Below, in pieces: positions 9,399 to 18,025 of a stretch of DNA of 64,000 nt. The position numbers and the translations under genes were made by a program. The notes below the pieces were generated by a model. The model saw only the letters and a program-made list of their open reading frames with translations. It was not told the DNA's origin and searched no databases. The stretch is from NCBI GenBank assembly GCA_049324535.1, contig JBMOOG010000020.1, forward strand, positions 287 through 64,286, in the 5' to 3' direction. Position 1 is the first letter of the stretch, and each line of letters opens with the position of its first letter. This DNA comes from Pseudomonadota bacterium. Its GTDB lineage: Bacteria > Pseudomonadota > Alphaproteobacteria > Rhodobacterales > Rhodobacteraceae.

Positions 9399-10481
9399 CT
9401 AGAAGAGGCTGAGCTGGTCTCCGGCCCGCGCCGGGGGTGCGAAGGCCGTGCAATCGAGCGGCGGCAGCCCCCGGTCGAGGCCCGCCCTGCGGGCGGCGAC
9501 GGCGAAGCGGCGGGCGAGGAGATCGGCGTGGACGCCCTCGCCCCGCATCCGCTGGCCCCATTGCGCGTCGTAGTCGTCCCCGCCGCGCATCGCCCGCAGG
9601 CGGTTCATGACATGCGCCGCCTGTCCGGGCGCGTGCCGCGCGAGCCAGTCGCGGAAGAGGGGCGCGACCTCGAGCGGCAGGCGCAGGAGGATCCAGCTCG
9701 CGGCCCGCGCGCCCGCTTCGGCGGCCGCGGCGAGGATGGCCTCGAGCTCGTGATCGGTCAGCACCGGAATGACCGGCGCCACCATGACGCGAACCGGGAC
9801 ACCGGCCGCGGACAGTTCTGCCATCGCGGCGAGCCGTCGCCCCGGCGCCGGCGCCCGGGGTTCGAGCCGGCGGCCGAGATCCGCATCGAGCGTGGTGACC
9901 GACACGCCGACATGGACGAGATTGCGCTGGGCCAGCCGGGCGAGAAGGTCGATGTCGCGCCCGATCAGGGCGCCCTTGGTCACGATGGTGACCGGGTGAT
10001 TCCACTCCGCCAGAACCTCCAGAATACCGCGCATGATCCGGTAGCGCTGCTCGATCGGCTGATAGGGGTCGGTGCTGGTGCCGATGGCCAGCGGCGCGGG
10101 GCGGTAGCCGCGCCGGGCCAGTTCGCGGGCCAGCTGTGCGGGGGCATCCGGCCTGGCGACCAGCCGGGTCTCGAAGTCGAGCCCGGCCGAGAGGCCGAGA
10201 TACCCGTGCGAGGGGCGCGCAAAGCAGTAGGCGCAGCCGTGCTCGCAACCGCGGTAGGGATTGATCGACCGGTCGAAGGGGATGTCGGGGGAGGTGTTGC
10301 GCGTGATGATGCGGCGCGGACGCTCCTCGCTCACCTCGGTGCGCAAGAGCCGGTCGTCCTCCGGGATGTCCCAGCCATCGGCGACCGGCTCGCGGCTGTG
10401 GAGTTCGAACCGGCCGGAGCCGTTGGTCGCCGACCCGCGGGCGCGCAGACAAAGGAAGGGATCCGGGGGCGGAAGGGGCAT
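9399..10481 (-). CDS. Radical SAM protein, PA0069-like family
   Basis: The C-terminal 360 aa of track ORF 9399..11411: [13 protein letters not shown]..., CEHGCAYC (CxxxCxxC cluster). Start at ATG 10481 (in frame, 361 codons). Confidence 0.75.
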   Translation of the reverse strand: MPLPPPDPFLCLRARGSATNGSGRFELHSREPVADGWDIPEDDRLLRTEVSEERPRRIITRNTSPDIPFDRSINPYRGCEHGCAYCFARPSHGYLGLSAGLDFETRLVARPDAPAQLARELARRGYRPAPLAIGTSTDPYQPIEQRYRIMRGILEVLAEWNHPVTIVTKGALIGRDIDLLARLAQRNLVHVGVSVTTLDADLGRRLEPRAPAPGRRLAAMAELSAAGVPVRVMVAPVIPVLTDHELEAILAAAAEAGARAASWILLRLPLEVAPLFRDWLARHAPGQAAHVMNRLRAMRGGDDYDAQWGQRMRGEGVHADLLARRFAVAARRAGLDRGLPPLDCTAFAPPARAGDQLSLF

Positions 10482-10631
10482 GGCCGGAGACTGGAACAAA
10501 TGCGGAACACTGTCAATCCGGGCCCGGCCGGACCCGCCAGAGTCGGAATGGACGCGGCCCATGTCGCAAACCGCCAACCCGGCCGCATGGGCCGGGCCCA
10601 ATAACGGAACACGGACGCCAGGAGACACGCG

Positions 10632-11324
10632 ATGGCCGAGGACGACGAGATCATCCTTTCCGAGCTCGATGACGAGGAGCTCGTCCTTCAGATGCACGAC
10701 GACCTCTACGACGGTCTGAAGGACGAGATCGAGGAGGGCGTCCGCATCCTTCTGGAGCGCGGCTGGGAGCCCTATGACGTTCTGACCAAGGCGCTGGTGG
10801 CCGGGATGACCATCGTCGGCGCCGACTTCCGCGACGGCATCCTGTTCGTGCCCGAGGTGCTGCTGGCGGCCAACGCCATGAAGGCGGGCATGGCGATCCT
10901 CAAGCCGCTTCTGGCCGAGACCGGGGCACCGAGGATGGGCAAGATGGTGATCGGCACCGTCAAGGGCGACATCCACGACATCGGCAAGAACCTGGTCGGC
11001 ATGATGATGGAGGGCGCGGGCTTCGAGGTCGTGGACCTCGGCATCAACAACCCCGCCGAGAAATACATAGAGGCGCTGAAGCGCGAGGGGGCCGACATCC
11101 TCGGCATGTCGGCGCTGCTGACGACCACCATGCCCTACATGAAGGTGGTCATCGACCTGATGAAGGACATGGGCATCCGCGATGACTATGTGGTGCTGGT
11201 CGGGGGCGCGCCGCTGAACGAGGAGTTCGGCCGCGCGATCGGGGCCGACGCCTATTGCCGCGACGCGGCCGTGGCCGTGCAGACCGCCAAGGACTTTATG
11301 GCGCGCCGCCACAACCAGGTCTGA
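10632..11324 (+). CDS. Cobalamin-binding (corrinoid) protein: B12-binding cap + Rossmann domain
   Basis: GDIHDIGKN (DxHxxG), MSALLTTT (SxL) and VLVGGAPL (GG) motifs. N-terminal helical cap domain. Confidence 0.9.
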   Translation: MAEDDEIILSELDDEELVLQMHDDLYDGLKDEIEEGVRILLERGWEPYDVLTKALVAGMTIVGADFRDGILFVPEVLLAANAMKAGMAILKPLLAETGAPRMGKMVIGTVKGDIHDIGKNLVGMMMEGAGFEVVDLGINNPAEKYIEALKREGADILGMSALLTTTMPYMKVVIDLMKDMGIRDDYVVLVGGAPLNEEFGRAIGADAYCRDAAVAVQTAKDFMARRHNQV

Positions 11325-11423
11325 GCGCCGCGGACCGGGCGGACGGCCCGCGCGGCCGCATTCCTGCCCGATTCCTGCGTCAGCCTTGCGCCGCGCGTGA
11401 AGCACCCCCATCTGGAGAGTGTC

Positions 11424-11597
11424 ATGACCGACACCCGCTACATCCTGACCCTGCTGCTGGCCCTTGGCGCGGCGGCGGCGACCGTGGCCCTCGCGGCGAT
11501 GATCGCCTCGTTCGGTGTGCCCCTCTGGCAGGCCGCCATCGGCCCGCTCCTGCTCCTGGCCTTCCTGGCCCTGCGCTGGCGCAGCGGGCGCCGATGA
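11424..11597 (+). CDS. Small hydrophobic protein (about 57 aa, two predicted TM helices)
   Basis: MTDTRYILTLLLALGAAAATVALAAMIASFGVPLWQAAIGPLLLLAFLALRWRSGRR. The stop overlaps the next start (ATGA at 11594-11597). The start could be 11397 or 11424. Confidence 0.5.
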   Translation: MTDTRYILTLLLALGAAAATVALAAMIASFGVPLWQAAIGPLLLLAFLALRWRSGRR

Positions 11598-12226
11598 CCG
11601 ATGACGCGACCCTGACCGAACGCGGTCTCGCGCCGCAGGGAACGGGGCGCATCCTGGTGATCGCCTGCGGGGCGCTCGCGCACGAGATCCTCGCGTTGAC
11701 CCGCCGGAACGGCTGGTCGCATCTGGACCTCCAGTGCCTGCCGGCCAACCTGCACCTCTGGCCCGACCGGATTCCCGCCGCGGTCGAGGCCGCGGTCGCG
11801 GCCCACCGGGCGGAATACGCCGACATCTTCGTGGCCTATGCAGATTGCGGCACGGGTGGGCTTTTGTTCGATAAGTGCAAGCAACTTGGCGTCGAGATGA
11901 TCCAGGGACCGCACTGCTATTCGTTTTTTGAAGGCAACGATAGGTTCGCGTCCCATGCCGAAGAGGAGATGGGTGCCTTCTACCTGACCGATTTCCTGGT
12001 CCGGCAGTTCGACGCCTTCGTCTGGCGGCCGATGGGTCTCGACCGGCACCCCGAGCTGCGCGACACCTATTTCGCCCATTACGACCGGCTGGTCTATCAG
12101 GCGCAGACCGACGATCCGGCGCTGACCGAAAAGGCGCGCGAGGCCGCCGAGCGGCTGGGGCTGCGGTTCGAGCGCCGCTTCACCGGCTACGGCGATCTGG
12201 AAACGGCGCTGGCCGGGCTGCGCTAG
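11594..12226 (+). CDS. DUF1638 domain protein
   Basis: RILVIACGALAHEI...YADCGTGGLLD-type pattern...GPHCYSFF...YLTDFLVRQFD. Start at ATG 11594 inside track ORF 11255..12226. Confidence 0.75.
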   Translation: MTDDATLTERGLAPQGTGRILVIACGALAHEILALTRRNGWSHLDLQCLPANLHLWPDRIPAAVEAAVAAHRAEYADIFVAYADCGTGGLLFDKCKQLGVEMIQGPHCYSFFEGNDRFASHAEEEMGAFYLTDFLVRQFDAFVWRPMGLDRHPELRDTYFAHYDRLVYQAQTDDPALTEKAREAAERLGLRFERRFTGYGDLETALAGLR

Positions 12227-12963
12227 TCCGCGCGCCCCCGACGCAGGATCTGCCGCAGCATTCCGTGCAGCGTCTGGACATCGGCACGGGTCAGGGGCAT
12301 CCGGCTCCAGAGGTTGCGCAGGTTCAGCTTCATGCTCTCGGCCTTGTGCGCGGGAAAGAAGAACCCTGTCTCGTCCAGCACCCGTTCGTAATGATCGCCG
12401 AGATGCGCGACCTCGATTGCGCTCGCGGGCTCCGCCCCCGCCAGGGACAGCGCCAGCGCGGGCTGGTCGCTGCCCTGCCGGCCCCACTCGTAGGCGCAGA
12501 GCAGCACCGCCTGCGCCACGTTCAGAGAGGGAAACGCGGGGTTCACCGGCACCGAGACGATCGCGTTCGCCCGCGCCACCTCGGTGTTCTCGAGCCCGGT
12601 GCGTTCCGGCCCGAAGAGAACCGCCACCCGGCCGCCGGCGGCGATGCGCGCCCGCGCCTCGGCCATCGCCTGTTCGGGGGTCAGGACGGGCTTCGTCAGA
12701 TCGCGCGGACGCGCCGTCGTCGCCAGCACCAGATCGCAGTCGCCCGCCGCAGCCACCGCGTCCGGGAAGACGCCGGCGTGGTCCAGCACGCGACCCGCCG
12801 CGCCCGAGGCCATCGCCACGGCGCGCGGGTTGGGCCAGCCGTCGCGCGGGTCCACAAGCCGCATGCGGTCGAGACCGAAATTCAGCATCGCGCGCGCCGC
12901 GGCGCCGATGTTCTCGCCCATCTGCGGGCGCACCAGAACGAAGAAGGGCTGGTCCATGCGCAT
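12223..12963 (-). CDS. trmJ: SpoU/TrmH-family tRNA 2'-O-methyltransferase (TrmJ-like)
   Basis: FVLVRPQMGENIGAAARAMLNFG..., LFGPERTGL, PSLNVAQAV (SPOUT knot motifs), plus a C-terminal extension of about 80 aa. Confidence 0.7.
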   Translation of the reverse strand: MRMDQPFFVLVRPQMGENIGAAARAMLNFGLDRMRLVDPRDGWPNPRAVAMASGAAGRVLDHAGVFPDAVAAAGDCDLVLATTARPRDLTKPVLTPEQAMAEARARIAAGGRVAVLFGPERTGLENTEVARANAIVSVPVNPAFPSLNVAQAVLLCAYEWGRQGSDQPALALSLAGAEPASAIEVAHLGDHYERVLDETGFFFPAHKAESMKLNLRNLWSRMPLTRADVQTLHGMLRQILRRGRAD

Positions 12964-13084
12964 CTCCCTGAACGGAGCGCAGCCCTAGCGGGCGCGGCCG
13001 GCCGAGGCAAGGCGCCGGCGACGCCCGGGCTTGAGATGCGGCCTCCGTCCGGCTAAACCGCGACAGCGACCGCCGAGGGGACCC

Positions 13085-13705
13085 ATGGCCGACACCGACC
13101 GCCCGCAGCTCTATCTCGTCACCCCGGCGACCTTCGACCCGCAGCCCTTCACCGAAAGGCTGGCCCCGATTCTCGACACGGTCGAGGTGGCCTGTCTGCG
13201 CATCGCGCTCGCGACCCGCAACGAGGACGACCTCGGACGCGCCGCCGATGCGCTGCGCGCGCTCGCGCACGAGCGCGACGTGGCGGTCGTGATCGACAGC
13301 CATCCGAAGCTCGCCGAGCGCCACGGGCTCGACGGGGTGCACCTTCTCGACGCGGCCCGCTCCATCCGCGAGGCGCGCCGGCAGCTCGGCCCGGACGCGA
13401 TCGTCGGCGCCTTCTGCGGCGCCTCGCGCCATGACGGGATGACGGCGGGAGAGGCCGGCGCCGATTACGTGAGCTTCGGCCCCGTGGGCGACACCCTTCT
13501 CGGCACCCGGCCGCGCGCCGAATTCGATCTCTTCGAATGGTGGTCGCAGATGATCGAGGTTCCGGTCGTCGCCGAAGGGGCCCTCACGCCCGAACTCGTC
13601 GAGCGCTTCGCCCCGGTCACCGACTTCGTCGCGATCGGCGACGAGATCTGGCGCGCGCCCGATCCGCTGTCCGCGCTTCGGGCGCTGCTCGCGCCCATCG
13701 GCTGA
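13085..13705 (+). CDS. thiE: Thiamine-phosphate synthase family protein
   Basis: QLYLVTP...DGVHL...GASRHD...AGADYVSFGPV...PVVAEGAL. Start at ATG 13085. Confidence 0.7.
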   Translation: MADTDRPQLYLVTPATFDPQPFTERLAPILDTVEVACLRIALATRNEDDLGRAADALRALAHERDVAVVIDSHPKLAERHGLDGVHLLDAARSIREARRQLGPDAIVGAFCGASRHDGMTAGEAGADYVSFGPVGDTLLGTRPRAEFDLFEWWSQMIEVPVVAEGALTPELVERFAPVTDFVAIGDEIWRAPDPLSALRALLAPIG

Positions 13706-13707
13706 TC

Positions 13708-13810
13708 GTCTTCTTCTTCGCCGAAATACCCCCGGGGGGTCTCGGGGGGCGGCGCCCCCCGCCCGACCGGCGGGGGGTTCCGGGGGGCGGCGCCCCCCGC
13801 CCGACCGGCG
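13708..13810. repeat. Intergenic repeat copy C: head CTTCTTCTTCGCCGAAATACCCCCGGGGG followed by a tandem 30-nt hairpin unit (13743-13772 and 13781-13810, period 38)
   Basis: The unit CGGGGGGCGGCGCCCCCCGCCCGACCGGCG occurs twice, exactly. Each unit holds a GGGGGGC/GCCCCCC stem. Lies between convergent thiE and pgi. Confidence 0.75.
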
Positions 13811-15412
13811 TCAGAGACCCTCGTCGCGCAGCGTCCGCGCCAGCAGGGCCGTCGATCCGTCGAGCCCCTCGCCCGACGCACGACCCTCGAGCACCGGGGC
13901 GAGTTTCAGCGCCAGCTCCTTGCCGAGCTCCACCCCCCACTGGTCGAAGCTGTTGATCCCGAGGATCACCCCTTCGGCAAAGACGCGGTGCTCGTAGAGC
14001 GCGATGATCTGCCCCAGGGTGAACGGGGTCAGCTGCGGATAGACCAGCGTGACCGAGGGCCGGTTGCCCGGAAACACCCGGTGGCGGGCCTGGCGGTCAA
14101 GCTCCGCACCCGTGAGCCCCTTCGCCGCCATCAGCGCCCGCGCCTCACCGAGCGAGCGCCCCGTCATCAGCGCCTGGCTCTGCGCCAGGCAGTTGGCGGC
14201 CAGGAGCCGGTGCTGATGTTCGAGACCCGGTTCATGCCCGCGCGCGGCCAGCAGGAACTCGCAGGGCACCACCCGCGTGCCCTGATGGATGAGCTGGTAG
14301 AAGGCGTGCTGGCCATTGGTCCCGGGCTCGCCCCAGACGACCGGGCCGCTGTCGCGCGGCAGGTCCGACCCGTCCATCGCCACCCGCTTGCCGTTGCTCT
14401 CCATCTCGAGCTGCTGCAGGTAGGCCGGCAGCCGGGCGAGGTGCTGATCGTAGGGCAGGACGGCGCGGGTGGCGTATCCGCAGATCTGGTTGTGCCAGAT
14501 CCCGACCAGCGCCAGCAGCAGCGGCAGGTTCGCCTCCGGGGGTGCCGAGCGGAAATGCGCGTCCATGTCCGCACCGCCGGCGAGGAAATCGTCGAACCGC
14601 TCGGGTCCGATCGCGATCATCAGCGACAGGCCGATCGGCCCCCACATCGAATAGCGCCCGCCGACCCAGTCCGCGAAGCCGAACACCCGATCGGCCGGGA
14701 TTCCGAAGGCGGCGGTGCGGTCGAGCGCGGTCGAGACCGCGGCGAACTGCGCGGCCGGGTCGGCGACGCCCGCGGCCATCCAGGCGCGCGCCGCCTCGGC
14801 GTTGGTCATCGTCTCGATGGTGGTGAAGGTCTTCGAGGACACGATGACCAGAGTCGTCGCCGGGTTCAGGGGCGCCAGCGTGTCGCGGACATGCGCCGGA
14901 TCGACGTTCGACACGAAATGGCAGCGCGGCCCGTCGGCATAGGGGGCGAGCGCCTGATACCCCATCGCCGGGCCGAGGTCGGACCCGCCGATGCCGATGT
15001 TGACGACATCGGTGATCGGGCCGCCCTGCCCGCGAAACCCGCCCCCGCGCACCGCCCGGGCGAAGTCCTGCATCCGGGCATGGGTCGCGCGGACCTCGGG
15101 CATGACGTCGCGGCCATCGACCACGACCGTGCCCCTGAGGTTGCGCAGCGCCGTGTGCAGCACCGCCCGCCCCTCGGTCTCGTTGATCGTCGCCCCGGCG
15201 AACATCGCCGCGCGCCGGGCGGGCACCGGGTCGGCCAGCCGCAGCAAGAGGCGCATCGCCTCGGCGTCGAGGTTGGTCTTGGAGTAGTCGAAGAGCATCG
15301 CCCCGTGGCGGGCGCTGAACCGCTCGGCCCGGCCGGGATCGTCGAAAAGCGACAGGATCGGGCGCGCCGTCACCCGCGCGTGGTGGCCTGCCAGGTCATC
15401 CCAGATCGTCAT
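13811..15412 (-). CDS. pgi: Glucose-6-phosphate isomerase
   Basis: Full-length 533-aa PGI-like sequence ([10 protein letters not shown], ...SNVDP..., [10 protein letters not shown]). Confidence 0.92.
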   Translation of the reverse strand: MTIWDDLAGHHARVTARPILSLFDDPGRAERFSARHGAMLFDYSKTNLDAEAMRLLLRLADPVPARRAAMFAGATINETEGRAVLHTALRNLRGTVVVDGRDVMPEVRATHARMQDFARAVRGGGFRGQGGPITDVVNIGIGGSDLGPAMGYQALAPYADGPRCHFVSNVDPAHVRDTLAPLNPATTLVIVSSKTFTTIETMTNAEAARAWMAAGVADPAAQFAAVSTALDRTAAFGIPADRVFGFADWVGGRYSMWGPIGLSLMIAIGPERFDDFLAGGADMDAHFRSAPPEANLPLLLALVGIWHNQICGYATRAVLPYDQHLARLPAYLQQLEMESNGKRVAMDGSDLPRDSGPVVWGEPGTNGQHAFYQLIHQGTRVVPCEFLLAARGHEPGLEHQHRLLAANCLAQSQALMTGRSLGEARALMAAKGLTGAELDRQARHRVFPGNRPSVTLVYPQLTPFTLGQIIALYEHRVFAEGVILGINSFDQWGVELGKELALKLAPVLEGRASGEGLDGSTALLARTLRDEGL

Positions 15413-15430
15413 GGCTGCTCTCCGTCGGTA

Positions 15431-16102
15431 TCAGGCCGCCCAGTGGACCGTCGCGTTGGCGAGGATGGCCCGCACCGGCGCCTCCTCGGCCGGAAGACCC
15501 TGCGCGCGCTCGAGCGCCGCGCGCTTGTCGGCCCCGGCGATCAGGACGTGGATGCGCATCGCCGCCGAAAGCACCCGCGCCGTCAGCGTGACGCGCGGCT
15601 CGCCCGCGGCCTCGGCGCGCATGGCCATCAGCACCGGCGCCTCGGGCGCGAGCGCCGCCTTCAGCCGGTCGGCGCCCGGAAACAGGCTCGCCGTGTGCAT
15701 GTCGGCCCCCATGCCCAGCAGCGCCACGTCCAGCGGCAGCCAGGGCTCGACGGCCGCAACCAGCGCATCCATCGCCGTCTCGGGCGTATCGACCGGCGCG
15801 TAGAGCGGCACGAGCTGCGCCGCCGCCGCCTCGCCGCGCAGCAGGCGGCTCCGGATGAGCCGGGCGTTCGACCGCTCCGAGCTTTCGGGAACCCAGCGCT
15901 CGTCGTTCGGGATCACCGTCACCCTTGCCCAGTCTAGGGCCACGCCCGACAGCGTGTCGAACACCGGACCCGGCGTCGCGCCCCCGGGAACGGTCAGCGT
16001 CGCGCGCCCCTGCTGGCGGATGGCCGCGCCGATGTCCGACGCGATGCGGTCGGCCAGCGCCATGAACATCAGGTCGCGGTCGGGATATTCGATCAGATTC
16101 AT
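15431..16102 (-). CDS. pgl: 6-phosphogluconolactonase
   Basis: TLTVPGGATP...DERWVP...LLGMGADMHTASLFPG. Sits between zwf and pgi, and its start overlaps the zwf stop. Confidence 0.88.
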   Translation of the reverse strand: MNLIEYPDRDLMFMALADRIASDIGAAIRQQGRATLTVPGGATPGPVFDTLSGVALDWARVTVIPNDERWVPESSERSNARLIRSRLLRGEAAAAQLVPLYAPVDTPETAMDALVAAVEPWLPLDVALLGMGADMHTASLFPGADRLKAALAPEAPVLMAMRAEAAGEPRVTLTARVLSAAMRIHVLIAGADKRAALERAQGLPAEEAPVRAILANATVHWAA

Positions 16103-17571
16103 TCGCGGATCTCTCGCCAGCGCCGCCCGTCGCGGTGCAGCAGCATCAACGCATCCTCCGGCCCGGACGATCCCGGATCGTAGCCCTTGGGCCGGTCGCC
16201 GCGCCGTTCCCAGTCGGCGATGATCGGATCGGTCCAGGCCCAGGCGGCCTCGACCTCGTCGCCACGCATGAACAGGGTCTGGTTGCCGCGGATCACGTCC
16301 ATGATGAGCCGCTCGTAGGCGTCGGGAATGTCCGCTCCCTCGGCGCCCAGGGCATCGGCGAAGGACATGTCGAGCGGCACCTCGGTCAGCCTCATGCCGC
16401 CCGGCCCCGGCTCCTTGATCATCACGCTGAGGTTCATCCCCTCGTTCGGCTGGAGCCGGATCGCCAGCACGTTCTCCTTCCAGCCCTCGTTCTCGCCGAA
16501 GATCGAATGAGGCGGCTCCTTGAACACGATGGCGATCTCGGACGCCCGGGCGCGCAGCTTCTTGCCGGTCCGCAGGTAGAAGGGCGTTCCGGTCCAGCGC
16601 CAGTTCGCGATCTTCACCTTGAGCGCGATGTAGCTTTCGGTGTGCGACGCGGGGTTCTCGACATCCTCTTCGTACGAGGGTTCACGCGGGCCGTTCGGCC
16701 CCGCCGGCCGCGCCCGGTAATGACCCCGGACGATGTCGGTGTGAGGCACGCTCTCGAGCGCCCGGATGACCTTCAGCTTCTCGTCGCGCACCGCGTCGGG
16801 TTCGAAGCAGTAGGGCGGCTCCATCGCGATCAGGCACAGAAGCTGCATCATGTGGTTCTGCACCATGTCCCGCATGGCGCCCGACTTGTCGTAATAGGCC
16901 CCCCGCCCGCCCACGCCCACGGTCTCGGCCACGGTGATCTGGACATGGTCGATGTATTGCGCGTTCCAGAGCGGCTCGAACAGCATGTTGGCGAAGCGCA
17001 CCGCCATCAGGTTCTGGACCGTTTCCTTGCCGAGGTAATGGTCGATCCGGTAGATCTGGCTTTCGGCGAAATGCGCGGCCAGCGTGGCGTTCAGCTCGCG
17101 CGCCGTGGCCAGATCGCGCCCGAAGGGCTTTTCCACCACGATGCGCGACCGGGAATCGGCGATGCCGTGCGCGTGCAGCCGCTCGGCCAGCGCGCCGAAC
17201 AGCGTGGGCGCCACCGAGAAGTAGAAGGCGAGCACCACGTCCTTGCGCAGGAGCTTCGCCAGATCCGCCCAGCCCGCCTCGCCGGTGGCGTCGATCTGCA
17301 CGTAGCGCAGCCGCGACAGGAAATGCGCGACCGTCTCGGCGTCCCGGTCGTCCGTGCGCACGAACTCCTCGAGCGCCTCGCGCACGAAGGCCCGGTAGGC
17401 TTCGGCATCGAGATCGGCGCGCGCGGCCCCGATGATCTGCGCCTCCTCGGGCATCTGCCCGGCGATGAAGCGCCGGTAGAGGCCCGGCAGGATCTTGCGG
17501 CGGGCGAGGTCGCCCGTCCCTCCGAAGATCACCAGATCGAAGACATCCACGGGAATTACGCGCGAAACCAT
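16099..17571 (-). CDS. zwf: Glucose-6-phosphate 1-dehydrogenase
   Basis: FDLVIFGGTGDLARRK, RIDHYLGKE, EKPFGRD. The start is ambiguous: ATG 17571 (MVSRVIPV) or ATG 17601. Confidence 0.92.
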   Translation of the reverse strand: MVSRVIPVDVFDLVIFGGTGDLARRKILPGLYRRFIAGQMPEEAQIIGAARADLDAEAYRAFVREALEEFVRTDDRDAETVAHFLSRLRYVQIDATGEAGWADLAKLLRKDVVLAFYFSVAPTLFGALAERLHAHGIADSRSRIVVEKPFGRDLATARELNATLAAHFAESQIYRIDHYLGKETVQNLMAVRFANMLFEPLWNAQYIDHVQITVAETVGVGGRGAYYDKSGAMRDMVQNHMMQLLCLIAMEPPYCFEPDAVRDEKLKVIRALESVPHTDIVRGHYRARPAGPNGPREPSYEEDVENPASHTESYIALKVKIANWRWTGTPFYLRTGKKLRARASEIAIVFKEPPHSIFGENEGWKENVLAIRLQPNEGMNLSVMIKEPGPGGMRLTEVPLDMSFADALGAEGADIPDAYERLIMDVIRGNQTLFMRGDEVEAAWAWTDPIIADWERRGDRPKGYDPGSSGPEDALMLLHRDGRRWREIRE

Positions 17572-17641
17572 CTGTTTCCCCGTCACTTTTCTGCTGTGCA
17601 TTCGGCGGCTGCCTTCCGGTCGGCTGCGCGGCTCAGGCGCA

Positions 17642-17655
17642 TGTTAGCGCTAACG
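17642..17655. promoter_or_regulatory. Perfect 12-bp palindrome GTTAGCGCTAAC (LacI-family-type operator candidate) upstream of zwf
   Basis: Seen at 17643-17654, 42-72 nt upstream of the candidate zwf starts. AT-rich relative to its surroundings. Confidence 0.45.
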
Positions 17656-17734
17656 CGCCGGAGTTCTAATACGTTGACCGGATGAAGTCTAGCATCGCCC
17701 GACGGGCGCAGCCAGAGCGCGGCGGGTCATGCGC

Positions 17735-17763
17735 TTGACGAACGCCGACGGCTCGCTTAGGTG
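17735..17763 (+). promoter_or_regulatory. Candidate sigma70-type promoter for tRNA-Gly (TTGACG-N16/17-TTAGGT)
   Basis: The -35 hexamer is at 17735-17740. The -10-like hexamer ends about 12 nt before the tRNA 5' end. Confidence 0.3.
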
Positions 17764-17774
17764 CTTTGGGCGAC

Positions 17775-17848
17775 GCGGGTGTAGCTCAATGGCAGAGCGA
17801 GAGCTTCCCAAGCTCCAGACGAGGGTTCGATTCCCTTCACCCGCTCCA
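17775..17848 (+). tRNA. tRNA-Gly (anticodon CCC)
   Basis: Manual cloverleaf: acceptor GCGGGTG/CACCCGC, D arm GCTC-AATGGCA-GAGC, anticodon loop TTCCCAA, T arm GAGGG-TTCGATT-CCCTT, 3' CCA encoded. Confidence 0.9.
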
Positions 17849-17865
17849 CCTACCTTGCCCGCCCA

Positions 17866-17891
17866 GTCCGTCAGGCCCGTCCGTCAGGCCC
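17866..17891. repeat. Perfect tandem duplication 2 x 13 bp (GTCCGTCAGGCCC)
   Basis: The two units are at 17866-17878 and 17879-17891, 18 nt downstream of tRNA-Gly. Confidence 0.8.
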
Positions 17892-18025
17892 CTGTGCTCG
17901 GGACCGTGCGCGCCATCCCGGCAACCGCCCGGGTGACTCGCGGACCGAGGACGCCTCCGACCCGGATCTTGCCAAGCCCGGCGGCAGTCGCTAGGCCCGG
18001 ACCCGAGCCAGAAGGGAGAACGGGA

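Noticed and set aside
9399-11411. Track ORFs that fuse a real gene to a long N-terminal extension. Examples: 9399..11411-, 18370..20091-, 20822..22162-, 25758..27452-, 28450..30642+, 45472..46842-, 53566..56001-, 59466..61658+.
   Set aside because: Only the C-terminal parts have normal composition and family motifs. Internal ATG or GTG starts, often overlapping the upstream stop codon, give proteins of canonical length.
12223-12226. Convergent gene pairs sharing a palindromic CTAG as both stop codons (12223-12226, and again at 18370-18373).
   Set aside because: The overlap is real, but it is a trivial consequence of TAG being self-complementary within CTAG. No functional implication can be supported.
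13743-13810. Possible CRISPR array (direct repeats with a spacer).
   Set aside because: There are only two 30-nt units separated by 8 nt. The units are G/C homopolymer hairpins between convergent genes. There are no cas genes and no real spacers. Interpreted as a REP/terminator module.
17729-18025. N-terminal extension of the RidA-like ORF, and ORF 30736..30921-, both overlapping tRNA genes.
   Set aside because: Both overlap structural tRNAs and have low-complexity composition. A proper SD and ATG exists at 18026.
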